This document shows positions 1 to 9,154 of a DNA stretch of 35,279 nt, piece after piece (position 1 is the stretch's first letter; each line of letters starts with the position of its first letter). Location: the NCBI GenBank assembly GCA_019313505.1, contig JAFDBA010000006.1, forward strand, positions 1 through 35,279. Direction: 5' to 3'. Under the pieces are notes generated by a model that saw only the letters and a program-made list of their open reading frames with translations, made no database searches and had not been told where the DNA came from. The translations under genes were made by a program, and so were the position numbers. This DNA is from Deltaproteobacteria bacterium. GTDB taxonomy: Bacteria > Desulfobacterota > Desulfobacteria > Desulfobacterales > UBA11574.

Positions 1-600
1 AGCCTTTTTAATGAATATCAGCAGGAAATTGATAAAAACGGACATGATAATAAAAGGTATGGCCAGTCCGGCAGAATAGATGGCAAGGAGTATAATTCCC
101 TGCCAGACTGTTTCCTGACTGCCGGCAATTATAATGATCGATCCGAGTAGAGGACCTATACAAGGACTCCAGCCTGCTCCAAACGCCATACCGACAACAA
201 ATGTTCCAAAAAAATGTAAAGGTTTTTTTTCCATATTAATCCGTTTTTCAAAATCAAGACCACGGATACGGATTATACCGGTTAAATGGACACCCAGAAT
301 GATAATAAAAATGCCTCCGATAATCCTTATTAATTCTCGATAGTTATAAATTAAGCCCCCAAGATAAGAGGCGGATGCGCCCATCAGGATGAAGACCAGG
401 GAAAACCCGGAAACAAATAAAATGGTTGAAAGAAAGACTTTTTTTCTTATTTCTGAATCACGGCTTTCGGTCAATTCTTCCAGGGAAAAACCTGTAATAA
501 AGGTAAAGTATGCAGGTATAAGCGGTAGCACACATGGTGATAAGAAAGAGAGAAGCCCTGCTGTGAAGGCTGCTGGATAGGATATCGCTTCGGTAAACAT
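1..600 (-). CDS. ccdA: CcdA / DsbD-family cytochrome c biogenesis thiol:disulfide electron-transfer membrane protein; 3' end cut by the window edge
   Basis: It is absent from the supplied ORF track because it runs off the window. Reverse-strand translation from the ATG (complement of 598-600) reads MFTEAISYPAAFTAGLLSFLSPCVLPLIPAYFTFITGFS...GTFVVGMAFGAGWSPCIGPLLGSIIIIAG... The two Cys motifs (SPCxLP and WSPCxGP) within hydrophobic helices are the CcdA/DsbD-core hallmark. The + ORFs 134..343 and 389..580 are antisense shadows. Confidence 0.8.
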   Translation of the reverse strand, partial: MFTEAISYPAAFTAGLLSFLSPCVLPLIPAYFTFITGFSLEELTESRDSEIRKKVFLSTILFVSGFSLVFILMGASASYLGGLIYNYRELIRIIGGIFIIILGVHLTGIIRIRGLDFEKRINMEKKPLHFFGTFVVGMAFGAGWSPCIGPLLGSIIIIAGSQETVWQGIILLAIYSAGLAIPFIIMSVFINFLLIFIKKA

Positions 601-612
601 GCTTTTACTTTG

Positions 613-813
613 TTATCCACCTGCAATCATCAGTATCAAAAACACCTCTGAATTATCAGGAATCAGGGTTTTTTCAAAATGAGGCCTGGATATGTGTTTA
701 TCATTTATGCGTACAACCGCATAAAGATGGGAATCGCTCAAATCCTTGAGAATATCTTTAATTGTCATTCCCTCGCGCCAGGAATGTTTTTTTCCATCGA
801 TCCTGATCATCAT
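613..813 (-). CDS. ThiS/MoaD-family ubiquitin-fold sulfur-carrier-like protein (66 aa, C-terminal GG)
   Basis: The small ORF ends in ...LILMIAGG-stop, the diglycine terminus typical of ThiS/MoaD. Its ATG overlaps the aor stop codon in an ATGA arrangement (810-813), which implies translational coupling. Confidence 0.65.
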   Translation of the reverse strand: MMIRIDGKKHSWREGMTIKDILKDLSDSHLYAVVRINDKHISRPHFEKTLIPDNSEVFLILMIAGG

Positions 814-2948
814 TCAACACCGTAAACCCTGAGCAATTCCAGAACTTCGGGAAAATCGATACCAAGTCGCTTCACGGTTTCAACCGTCGGGATCCCGTCG
901 TTATTCCATCCCCGGCGTTTATATACCGCATCTTTTAGTTTTTCGTAAAGTTCCTCGCGGAATTTTCTAAGCAATGCCACTTTTTCTTCCGTAGACTTGC
1001 CGGCGATATCGACTTTGTGCTTTTCGATAAGTTGTTTGTCGTAACGTTCCTGTCGTGATTCATACTCAACCGTTTTTACCGGCCCAACTGCGCGGTAGGG
1101 AATATTATCATGCTCACGCTGCCCAAATCCCATTTTAAGATTGAAAATCCGCTGGAAATTGTAAACCGCCTCACTCATCCGAATAAGGCCGTCAGGTTGT
1201 ACATGTCTTCCGGTGACGGCACTGTAATATTCTGCATACCACTCTACGTGTTTCATAACTTTGGCAGGCTCATCCATCTCCTTATTGTCCTCAGGCACAA
1301 CATCGTTCCAGGGAAGTTTACACAGTCCACACAGACCAAACCATGTTCGGAACATGGGGAACCAGTGCAACGCCTCTGCTTTCTGTTCAAAGGTCGGCAT
1401 AAAATTATGCACCATATCAAGAAAAATCAACCAGGCTTCGTCATGTTGCGGGCCTTTAAGTGCAAGACCGTATCCCCCCTGCTGGGCAAGCGATTCTTTG
1501 CTTATATACTCGGAGAACTCAAGCCCCTTGGCTTCCATACCTATATCCTGCATCAGATCGGGATCGGCACCAAAGTCTTTTGCAAAAATTGACTTCATTT
1601 CACGAACACCCCGACCCACAATTTGTCCAAAGCCTTCTCCTCTGGCCATTTGATGAACGATCTCGAGAGCGGATAAACGATTGCCAAATGAAAGGTCCAT
1701 TCCGCCGGTATCGGTTTCATTAATCAAGCCCATCTCAAAGCACTCCATGGCAAAGGCCGTGGAGGTGCCTACTGAAATTGTATCAAGACCATAAGTATCG
1801 CAATAAAAATTCATCTCAATAGCGGAATGTGGATCAAAGATACCCAGATTTGAACCGCATCCCGCTATGGTTTCATATTCGGGCCCGTCTACAAATACTC
1901 TGGTTCCTTTATAGGGTCCGGTAACAGGAACGAAGTCTTTGACACCATGTGCGCAGGCAAGTGTGCACCCCATCCAGCAACCGTCATATCCGGGATCAAA
2001 GATGCGCCCGTAAACTTCCTGGCCGATATTCTCTGCTTCCGGATGACGGCCGTACTGAAAATTATTAACGGGCAGGAGATCGAAGTCATTCATAATAGAA
2101 ACAAGGTGAGTTGTTCCGATTTTTGCCATCTGGTTTTGCTTGGGATCGAGTTCAACAATTTTCCGGGAATATTTTTTCCCGACTCCCTTTAAAGAATCCG
2201 GATCTGCCGGATTATTAGTCTTTACCTTAACCGTGTCCCAACGTGCCACGATTGCTTTGATACCTTTATCAGCAAAGACACTGCCGATACCTCCGCGTCC
2301 CGCCTGTTTATATCTGGCACGCTTACGTTTTAGATCATACCAGGTAAAGTTCAGACATCCCATCAGTGTGTTTTTGGCACCCGGGCCTGTAGAAACTACA
2401 GAAATATTACGCGGTTTCCCTTTGGCAAAACGTTCTGTTAACATCGCAGAAAGATTATAGGAATCATCCGGCAATCCAGACGCCGTAAAGACCTGAACCT
2501 TCTCATCAATACCATCAATAAAAATTACAATATCTTTTGATGTTTTTCCCGTAACTTCCAGTGCGTCAAATCCGGAAAACTTAAGATAAGGACCAAAATA
2601 ACCCCCCACATTAGAGTCTATCACAGACCCTGTTAACGGAGAAATGGTGGTAACGATACTTTTGCCGGAACCGGGATATACGGGCGTCCCGCCCATAGGG
2701 CCTGACGCGATACATATTGCGTTTTCAGGATCACTCCACTTTGTTGTGCTGTTGACAGCATTCCATAAAAGCCAGAGATCAAAACCTTTGCCGCCGATAA
2801 AGACGTCTTTCATTTTTTCAGCAACAGGCTTAACGGAAATGACAAAATCAGAGATATCTATACAAATGGTCTGGTTTGCATAACCCTTTTCAATAACCGG
2901 CCTGTCATAATTAAATGTCTTTAGGGATTCCATTTCATATTCTGCCAT
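810..2948 (-). CDS. aor: aldehyde:ferredoxin oxidoreductase family enzyme (tungsten/molybdopterin, 4Fe-4S), 712 aa
   Basis: The long ORF shows AOR-family N-terminal and central motifs by eye (GYANQTICIDIS..., GGKGFDLWLLW, GPEYETIAGCGSNLGI, DTISVGTSTAFAMEC, CGLCKLPW). All + strand ORFs inside it (1110..2883) are antisense shadows. Confidence 0.9.
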   Translation of the reverse strand: MAEYEMESLKTFNYDRPVIEKGYANQTICIDISDFVISVKPVAEKMKDVFIGGKGFDLWLLWNAVNSTTKWSDPENAICIASGPMGGTPVYPGSGKSIVTTISPLTGSVIDSNVGGYFGPYLKFSGFDALEVTGKTSKDIVIFIDGIDEKVQVFTASGLPDDSYNLSAMLTERFAKGKPRNISVVSTGPGAKNTLMGCLNFTWYDLKRKRARYKQAGRGGIGSVFADKGIKAIVARWDTVKVKTNNPADPDSLKGVGKKYSRKIVELDPKQNQMAKIGTTHLVSIMNDFDLLPVNNFQYGRHPEAENIGQEVYGRIFDPGYDGCWMGCTLACAHGVKDFVPVTGPYKGTRVFVDGPEYETIAGCGSNLGIFDPHSAIEMNFYCDTYGLDTISVGTSTAFAMECFEMGLINETDTGGMDLSFGNRLSALEIVHQMARGEGFGQIVGRGVREMKSIFAKDFGADPDLMQDIGMEAKGLEFSEYISKESLAQQGGYGLALKGPQHDEAWLIFLDMVHNFMPTFEQKAEALHWFPMFRTWFGLCGLCKLPWNDVVPEDNKEMDEPAKVMKHVEWYAEYYSAVTGRHVQPDGLIRMSEAVYNFQRIFNLKMGFGQREHDNIPYRAVGPVKTVEYESRQERYDKQLIEKHKVDIAGKSTEEKVALLRKFREELYEKLKDAVYKRRGWNNDGIPTVETVKRLGIDFPEVLELLRVYGVE

Positions 2949-2975
2949 TATATCAGCCCCTTATACTGCATTAAT

Positions 2976-3821
2976 CTATTGTTCATTTGAAAAATTTTTG
3001 ATTACAATTTCACCAAGCTCTTTGGATCGTTTTGTAGCCACCTCCACGGCATTAATAAGTGTTGTTCGAAGACCGCCTTTTTCCAAAGTATGAATGCCCG
3101 CAATAGCTGTTCCGCCTGGAGAGGTAACCATGTCCTTTAACCTACCGGGATGTTCTTTTGTCTCAATCAATAATTTTGCGGCGCCCAAAACCGTTTGTGA
3201 TGAAAGAAAAAGTGCATCTTCCCTTGATAGACCCATTTTCACTCCGGCATCAGCCATGGATTCGACAATTAAAAAAATGTAGGCAGGACCGCTGCCGCTT
3301 AAGCCGGTAATTGCATCCATAAGAATATTTTCTTTAAGAAAGATGCTTTTCCCCATGGAATCGAAGATAGCCAGAGACAGTTTGATGTCTTCTTCGGTGG
3401 CTTTTCCTCCGGCCGCGATAACCGAAGCACTCTCCTTAACGAAAGCTGCGATGTTGGGCATAACTCGAATAAGACGCAATTCTTTATTAAGACACGACTC
3501 TATCGCGGCCAGAGGAACACCGGCGGCAATAGAGATGATGAGCTTGGACATGTCCAGGCAGGATGCTGTTTCCCTCAATACTGACGCAATGATCTGAGGT
3601 TTAACCGCATAGATAATAATTTCTGAAGCTTCCACCGCTTTAATGTTATCTGCTGTGGTAGCAACGCCGTATTTTTCTTCCATGGATTTTAGCTTATCTT
3701 CACGAATATCTGTGCAAATAATATTTTTAGGATGGGATGATCCCGAAGAAATGAGCCCGCTTAAAAGGGCTTCCCCCATATTTCCTGTTCCGATTATGGT
3801 AATTTTTTTATTTTTTAACAT
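2976..3821 (-). CDS. proC: pyrroline-5-carboxylate reductase
   Basis: It has an N-terminal Rossmann motif KITIIGTGNMGEALLSGLI and a C-terminal VTSPGGTAIAGIHTLEKGGLR, typical of ProC. A GGGGGA Shine-Dalgarno sequence lies upstream. Confidence 0.9.
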   Translation of the reverse strand: MLKNKKITIIGTGNMGEALLSGLISSGSSHPKNIICTDIREDKLKSMEEKYGVATTADNIKAVEASEIIIYAVKPQIIASVLRETASCLDMSKLIISIAAGVPLAAIESCLNKELRLIRVMPNIAAFVKESASVIAAGGKATEEDIKLSLAIFDSMGKSIFLKENILMDAITGLSGSGPAYIFLIVESMADAGVKMGLSREDALFLSSQTVLGAAKLLIETKEHPGRLKDMVTSPGGTAIAGIHTLEKGGLRTTLINAVEVATKRSKELGEIVIKNFSNEQ

Positions 3822-3859
3822 GAATTTTATTCCCCCTTAATTATTTTCTTAATTGTGAA

Positions 3860-3970
3860 CTTTGTGCTTTTTGTGGCAAAACTTTTTTCTTCCCGCCACC
3901 AAGACACTAAGGGCTCGCGCAAAAATAACAAAATAAAATCCTTCGTGTCTTTGTGCCTTAGTGGCTAAAC
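3860..3970. repeat. cluster of short degenerate GTG-rich repeats in the proC/yggT divergent intergenic region
   Basis: There are direct copies ctttgtgctttttgtggcaaaac (3860-3882) and ctttgtgccttagtggctaaac (3949-3970). An inverted copy gccaccaagacactaaggg (3895-3913) has a reverse complement matching ttcgtgtctttgtgcc (3942-3957) at about 13/16 positions. Confidence 0.4.
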
Positions 3971-4124
3971 TATTACATAAAATGTACTTTTATAGTCTGA
4001 ATGTCCACTATGTCAATGATTTTGCCTGAAATATCTTGACTTATCATCAATATATAATTAATTTTCAGGGTAGTAAATAGATTGATTGAAAAATTAACAC
4101 AAAAATCGAAAGATCATTGTTTAT

Positions 4125-4424
4125 ATGTTTATCATTGGCAATCTACTAAAGGCTATTGCAGTGGTTCTTCAATATGTTCTTCACTTTTACATGTGGATTA
4201 TTATAGCACGGGCAGTACTTTCCTGGGTGAATCCCGACCCTTATAATCCAATCGTTCGTTTTATTCACAATGTTACCGAACCCGTACTGTATCGCATCCG
4301 TACTAAATTACCCCTTGATTTTGGCGGTATAGATTTTTCTCCGATTATTGTTATTTTGGGCATTATATTTCTGCAAAACTTTATTGTAAGCAGTCTTTTT
4401 AGAATGTCTGCAAGTTTTATGTAA
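4125..4424 (+). CDS. yggT: YggT family membrane protein
   Basis: The 99-aa hydrophobic protein has the YggT signature region ...ARAVLSWVNPDPYNPIVRFIHNVTEPVLYRIR... It is followed by divIVA, the usual synteny. Confidence 0.85.
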   Translation: MFIIGNLLKAIAVVLQYVLHFYMWIIIARAVLSWVNPDPYNPIVRFIHNVTEPVLYRIRTKLPLDFGGIDFSPIIVILGIIFLQNFIVSSLFRMSASFM

Positions 4425-4448
4425 CCTATGAAGGAAGGGTGACACATC

Positions 4449-4964
4449 ATGACAATTACATCCCTTGATATTCAGCAACAGCAGTTCAAAACCAGATTCA
4501 GAGGCTTTGACGTCCGGGAAGTGGATACATTTCTTGAGCAAATGGCGGATGCCTTCGAATCATTGCAAAAAGAAAACTTAAATTTGCGTGGGGAAATTAA
4601 CAGGCTTAAAATTGAAAGCCAGGGATACAAAGGACGTGAAGAGACGTTTAAGCGGGTAATGCTCAATTCTCAGAAAGTGTTGGATCAGATGAAGCAAAAT
4701 GCCCGCAAATCAGCCGAATTGCTCATTGCGGACGCTGAAGTTAATGCGGAAAAATTTCTTAGTAGGGCACAGAACAGGCTTGCTCAACTTCATGAAGATA
4801 TTACAGAGCTAAAACGGCAACGCATGCAGATAGAGGTTCAGATCCGCTCAATTATCGAAAGCCATACCAAGCTCCTTGAAATAGGGAAGGAAGAGACCGC
4901 AATCCGGGAGGAGGAAGATGCTAAATTGAAATTGTTTAAACAATCAAATAGGTTGGGAGTATAA
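4449..4964 (+). CDS. DivIVA domain-containing protein
   Basis: The N-terminus LDIQQQQFKTRFRGFDVREVDTFLEQMADAFESL is the canonical DivIVA lipid-binding N-domain. A coiled-coil-like sequence follows. Confidence 0.85.
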   Translation: MTITSLDIQQQQFKTRFRGFDVREVDTFLEQMADAFESLQKENLNLRGEINRLKIESQGYKGREETFKRVMLNSQKVLDQMKQNARKSAELLIADAEVNAEKFLSRAQNRLAQLHEDITELKRQRMQIEVQIRSIIESHTKLLEIGKEETAIREEEDAKLKLFKQSNRLGV

Positions 4965-4965
4965 G

Positions 4966-6048
4966 ATGGCAAAAATAGATGCATTTTTTAAATTGATGAA
5001 TGAACAGGGTGCTTCAGATCTTCATCTGGTGGCAGGACAGCCGCCTGCGCTAAGGATAAGGGGCGAAATGGAAAGGATCAAATATAAAGTTCTGGACGAT
5101 GATGAACTGAAAGCCATGCTCTATGAAATTGCGCCCGAGCATAAGGTAAAGGAGTTTGAGGAAACAGGAGATATTGATTTCGGCTATGACATACTCGGTA
5201 TTGCCAGGTACCGATCAAATTTCTTTATGCAAAAATATGGTGTGGCAGCGGTTTTCAGACAAATTCCTGAGCAAATAATGACTGCCGAACAACTGGGTCT
5301 TCCTGAGGTTATATCCAAGCTGGCCTCACTCCCAAGGGGGCTGGTTCTGGTAACAGGACCTACGGGAAGCGGCAAGTCCACCACCCTGTCCTCAATAATT
5401 GATGTGGCAAACCGTACCCGCAAAGATCATATCATTACCGTTGAAGACCCCATTGAATTTGTGCACCAAAGCAAGAGTTGTATTATTAACCACCGTGAGG
5501 TGGGTCTCCATACTAAGTCGTTCAGCACAGCGTTAAGGGGCGCCCTGCGAGAGGATCCGGATATTATTCTTGTCGGTGAAATGAGAGATCTCGAAACCAT
5601 ATCCCTTGCCATAGAAGCCGCATCCACCGGACACCTTGTTTTTAGCACACTTCACACATCGAGTGCAGCGAAAACCGTGGATCGTATCATCGAAGTTTTC
5701 CCTGCAGATCAACAAAACCAGATCCGTTCGACGCTGTCTGACGGACTCCGAGCCATTATCGCACAGGTCCTGTTTAAAAGAGTCGATAAAAAAGGGCGTA
5801 GCCCCGCCCTCGAAATATTGATTGCAACTCCGGCGGTCCGGAATCTCGTCAGGGAAGGAAAAACCCACCAGATTGCCTCAACGATCCAGACTGGAAAGAA
5901 ATACGGTATGCGACTTTTGGATGATTCCATTATGGATATGCTAAACAATGGATGGATAAGTGCTGATGACGCCTATGCCAAGTCAAATGATAAGGGAAAG
6001 TTCAGGCCTTTTTTGAAGAATCCTCCTACTGACTTCACCGAAGCATAA
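4966..6048 (+). CDS. pilT: type IV pilus twitching-motility retraction ATPase PilT
   Basis: Motifs seen: GASDLHLVAGQPPALRIRGEM, Walker A GPTGSGKSTT, Asp box HIITVEDPIEF, Walker B ILVGEMRDLETI, and His box GHLVFSTLHT. Confidence 0.9.
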   Translation: MAKIDAFFKLMNEQGASDLHLVAGQPPALRIRGEMERIKYKVLDDDELKAMLYEIAPEHKVKEFEETGDIDFGYDILGIARYRSNFFMQKYGVAAVFRQIPEQIMTAEQLGLPEVISKLASLPRGLVLVTGPTGSGKSTTLSSIIDVANRTRKDHIITVEDPIEFVHQSKSCIINHREVGLHTKSFSTALRGALREDPDIILVGEMRDLETISLAIEAASTGHLVFSTLHTSSAAKTVDRIIEVFPADQQNQIRSTLSDGLRAIIAQVLFKRVDKKGRSPALEILIATPAVRNLVREGKTHQIASTIQTGKKYGMRLLDDSIMDMLNNGWISADDAYAKSNDKGKFRPFLKNPPTDFTEA

Positions 6049-6068
6049 CAATTTTGTGAGGTTTTATT

Positions 6069-7235
6069 TTGAAAAAGCAAGAAATTGATCATATTCTGTC
6101 AAGAATGCTCGATGCATACGATAATGTCTCCGATCTTAATATCACCGTGGGGAAACCCTTTCAGGTTGAGACAGCGGGAGAGCTCGCCGTGGTTGGCATG
6201 GATCCATCTTTTGACGAAATCACTCCGTTTCAGGCCGAAATCTTCGCGCTAAACCTTTTAAATCATAACAGGCGCCTCACCGAAAATCTCCTCCTTGAGG
6301 GATCGTGCGATTCATCCTACGAACTTCCCGGCAAGGCTCGCTTCAGGGTCAACGTCTTTTCCCAGCGGGGTAATTATTCCATTGTCTTGAGAAAACTTGC
6401 GACCAAAATTCCCACATGTCAGGAACTGGGCATTCCTGAGTCCTTTCTCAAAATGGCTGAGGAAAAAAACGGCTTCATCCTGGTCACCGGAGCCACCGGC
6501 ACCGGGAAAACAACCTCCTTGGCCGCAGTCCTTAACGAGATTAATGATGCCAGATCAGTCCACGTGGTAACTCTTGAGGATCCGGTTGAGTATGACCATC
6601 CACACAAGAAGTCTACTTTTAACCAGCGAGAGCTGGGGGAGGATTTTGATTCGTTTGCAAGTGGTCTCAGAGCAGCCATGCGCCAGGCTCCCAAGGTAAT
6701 TCTGGTTGGGGAGATGCGTGACAGGGAAACCGTGGAGATCGGTCTGAGTGCGGCCGAGACAGGGCACCTGGTTTTAAGCACCCTCCACACCATTGATGCC
6801 GGACAGACAATGAACCGTATCATCGGCATGTTCCCTGTTGAAGAAGAAAATCAGATTCGTACTCGGCTTGCCGACACGATCCGCTGGATCGTATGTCAAA
6901 GACTTCTTCCCAAGGTGGGAGGAGGACGGATAGCAGCCTTTGAAATCATGTGCAGCAACCTGCGGATCAAAGACCTGATACTGCATGGAGAATCTGATGA
7001 AAAAACTTATTACGATATCATCCATGACGGAAAAGCTTTCGGTATGACTACCTTTGACGATTACATCATTTGGTTATACGAAAAGGGCCTCATTACTGAG
7101 GAGACAGCCATGGCCTATGCTTCCCGCAAAGGCATACTGGGTCGCGGAATCGACTCAATCAAGAGCTCACGTGGAGAAGCTACAACAGATATTAAGGATC
7201 TTAAGGTGGATCACAATTACAGGAAGCCAAGGTAG
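6069..7235 (+). CDS. PilT-family type IV pilus ATPase paralog (PilU-like)
   Basis: It starts with TTG. Motifs seen: Walker A GATGTGKTTS, VVTLEDPVEY, ILVGEMRDRETV and GHLVLSTLHT. It lies directly downstream of pilT, as in pilT-pilU pairs. Confidence 0.8.
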   Translation: MKKQEIDHILSRMLDAYDNVSDLNITVGKPFQVETAGELAVVGMDPSFDEITPFQAEIFALNLLNHNRRLTENLLLEGSCDSSYELPGKARFRVNVFSQRGNYSIVLRKLATKIPTCQELGIPESFLKMAEEKNGFILVTGATGTGKTTSLAAVLNEINDARSVHVVTLEDPVEYDHPHKKSTFNQRELGEDFDSFASGLRAAMRQAPKVILVGEMRDRETVEIGLSAAETGHLVLSTLHTIDAGQTMNRIIGMFPVEEENQIRTRLADTIRWIVCQRLLPKVGGGRIAAFEIMCSNLRIKDLILHGESDEKTYYDIIHDGKAFGMTTFDDYIIWLYEKGLITEETAMAYASRKGILGRGIDSIKSSRGEATTDIKDLKVDHNYRKPR

Positions 7236-7285
7236 TGTTCGGCAGACTTTTTGGCCTCTGCCGATAGAACTAAGAGGATAAAATC

Positions 7286-7978
7286 ATGGACGTATTATGC
7301 GAAAAATGCCGGGGTAAGTTTCATATTTCAGACCAAAAGGTTCCCAAAGGACAGACATTCTCTGTAATTTGCCCCAAGTGTAACAACAAAGTTTCCGTGG
7401 ATACTCGTTTTGATATTCCTTTATCAACCAAAGGGACTCCGGCTCCGTCCACTAAACCAAAACCCAGACTCAATAAAACCATCATTGAGGAAGTCGATTC
7501 CAGCGCTTACGACGCCTCGGAAAAACCTTTCGATTTTGTTGAAGAAGGTGTGGAAACAGCCCTTTTGTGCGAACCGGACCCGGCCATCAGGGCCAAAATC
7601 ATAACGGCCCTGTATAACATGGGATATCATACCACGGCACCCCAGTCACATAAAGATACCCTGAAGCAGATGAGATTCCATGTCTTTGATATGGTAGTGC
7701 TTAACGAGCGGTTCGGCACCAGAGATCCTGACATGAACAGCATTCTCAAATATCTGGATCGTCTCAATATGTCCATCCGGCGAAACATCTTCCTGGCCCT
7801 CTTAACCGACCGCTTCCGAACCATGGACAATATGGCGGCCTTTAACAAGAGCGTCAACCTCATTATTAACCTGAAAAACATCAATGAAATTGAAAAAATC
7901 TTGAGACGAGGTGTTGCAGACAATAAAGTCTTCTACCGTGTTTTTAAGGAGTCACTTATCAAGACCGGCAGAGTCTGA
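7286..7978 (+). CDS. MJ0042-type zinc-ribbon protein with a C-terminal receiver-like (pseudo-receiver) domain
   Basis: The N-terminus is MDVLCEKCRGKFHISDQKVPKGQTFSVICPKCNNKVSV (a CxxC...CxxC ribbon). After a Pro/Ser/Lys linker comes an alpha/beta-looking segment, ALLCEPDPAIRAKIITALYNMGY...FDMVVLNERFG...IFLALLTD. This resembles CheY-like REC domains but has Asn where the phospho-acceptor Asp would be. An AGAGGA Shine-Dalgarno sequence lies upstream. Confidence 0.6.
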   Translation: MDVLCEKCRGKFHISDQKVPKGQTFSVICPKCNNKVSVDTRFDIPLSTKGTPAPSTKPKPRLNKTIIEEVDSSAYDASEKPFDFVEEGVETALLCEPDPAIRAKIITALYNMGYHTTAPQSHKDTLKQMRFHVFDMVVLNERFGTRDPDMNSILKYLDRLNMSIRRNIFLALLTDRFRTMDNMAAFNKSVNLIINLKNINEIEKILRRGVADNKVFYRVFKESLIKTGRV

Positions 7979-8023
7979 ATATTTTTAATCGTCTATTCTA
8001 AACATGGTGGTCTCGTAAAAACC

Positions 8024-8170
8024 ATGGAATATACTTGTGCCGACTATCGCATTGAAATGATTCTGTTAAACCTTAAGCGTCGCTTGCAGCACGAGGGTCT
8101 TAGTGAGGAGGAAAGGGGCGACATCCTTTTGCAGATTAAAAAACTTGAAGCAAAAATGGGCCTTGAATAG
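8024..8170 (+). CDS. small hypothetical protein (48 aa), below the ORF-track length cutoff
   Basis: The ATG..TAG frame reads MEYTCADYRIEMILLNLKRRLQHEGLSEEERGDILLQIKKLEAKMGLE. It is helical and charged, fills an otherwise empty 197-bp gap, and ends 5 nt before the next gene's ATG. There is no clear Shine-Dalgarno sequence, and the start overlaps a TTTTTACGA-type repeat half-site. Confidence 0.35.
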   Translation: MEYTCADYRIEMILLNLKRRLQHEGLSEEERGDILLQIKKLEAKMGLE

Positions 8171-8175
8171 AAGAA

Positions 8176-9090
8176 ATGAGATTAATTGAAATTGCGCCCG
8201 AACTCTATCTTATTCCCCTTGACCAGGATCTGCCCGGATTCACATCGTTTATAGGAGCCTGGATCTACAAAGGCAAAAAAACTTTTTTAGTGGATGTAGG
8301 ACCTGCCGCCACCGTTCCTGTACTTGTAAAATCTTTAGAAAGCTTGGGGATACGGCATCTTGACGCAGTTCTGTTGACCCACATCCATATCGATCATGCC
8401 GGAGGAGCAGGAGATCTGGCCGAGTTTTTTCCCGATGTTCCCATTATCTGTCATGAAAAAGGTGTCAAGCACCTTGCAGATCCCTCACACTTATGGGAAG
8501 GGAGTCTCAAAACCCTTGGTCAAACGGCCCAAGCATATGGACCGTTTCGGCCGGTTCCCAGGAAATTGCTTTACGATGCAGCCCGATATCAAGAAGATAA
8601 TGTTATGCCGATCCTGACTCCCGGGCATGCCCCTCATCATGTTAGCTACCTTTTGGGCCCATATCTTTTTGCAGGAGAGGCCGGTGGGGTTTATCTCGAC
8701 ATTCCCGGTAACGGCTTTTATCTTAGGCCCGCTACACCGCCCCGTTTTTTTCTGGAAACCTCTATCAAGAGCATCGATGCTCTGATTGTCAGAAAACCGT
8801 CAATCATATGTTACGGACATTTTGGTATGAATGAACATGCTTTGGACATGTTGAAAACACACCGTGATCAGCTTTTACTCTGGGAAAAAATTATCAAAGA
8901 TGAGATGGTCCACCTCGGTGAAACTGAGGAGGTCGATTTCTTCAAAAGCTGTTTGCAAAGACTTTTAAAGCAAGATCCTTTTCTTAAAGGTTTTTTTAAT
9001 ATGAGCGAGGCTGTAAAAGAAAGGGAGAAAGGATTTCTGAAAAACAGCATAAAAGGATTTACTGGCTATCTGGTACCGAACAAAAACTAG
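8176..9090 (+). CDS. MBL-fold metallo-hydrolase
   Basis: It has the beta-lactamase-fold metal motif LLTHIHIDHAGG (HxHxDH), plus downstream His residues (TPGHAPHH, YGHFG). Confidence 0.8.
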   Translation: MRLIEIAPELYLIPLDQDLPGFTSFIGAWIYKGKKTFLVDVGPAATVPVLVKSLESLGIRHLDAVLLTHIHIDHAGGAGDLAEFFPDVPIICHEKGVKHLADPSHLWEGSLKTLGQTAQAYGPFRPVPRKLLYDAARYQEDNVMPILTPGHAPHHVSYLLGPYLFAGEAGGVYLDIPGNGFYLRPATPPRFFLETSIKSIDALIVRKPSIICYGHFGMNEHALDMLKTHRDQLLLWEKIIKDEMVHLGETEEVDFFKSCLQRLLKQDPFLKGFFNMSEAVKEREKGFLKNSIKGFTGYLVPNKN

Positions 9091-9154
9091 GATTTTTCGT
9101 TAAGATCAAGGAAGACAAAAATTTTAACCACAGTAATACGGGTAGTATTTCGAG

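Noticed and set aside
1110-2883. A set of + strand ORFs (1110..1592, 1261..1653, 1460..1723, 1947..2192, 2140..2460, 2644..2883), plus the minus-strand ORF 1889..2089, all inside the aor gene
   Set aside because: All lie antisense or out of frame within a 712-aa ORF with clear AOR motifs. Their translations are low-complexity (Ser/Pro/Arg/Leu-rich) and show no motifs.
7241-7264. A hairpin CGGCAG-N12-CTGCCG between the pilU-like gene and the zinc-ribbon gene, considered as a terminator
   Set aside because: The stem is short, the loop is large, and there is no U-tract. The next gene starts 20 bp later with its own Shine-Dalgarno sequence, so read-through is likely.
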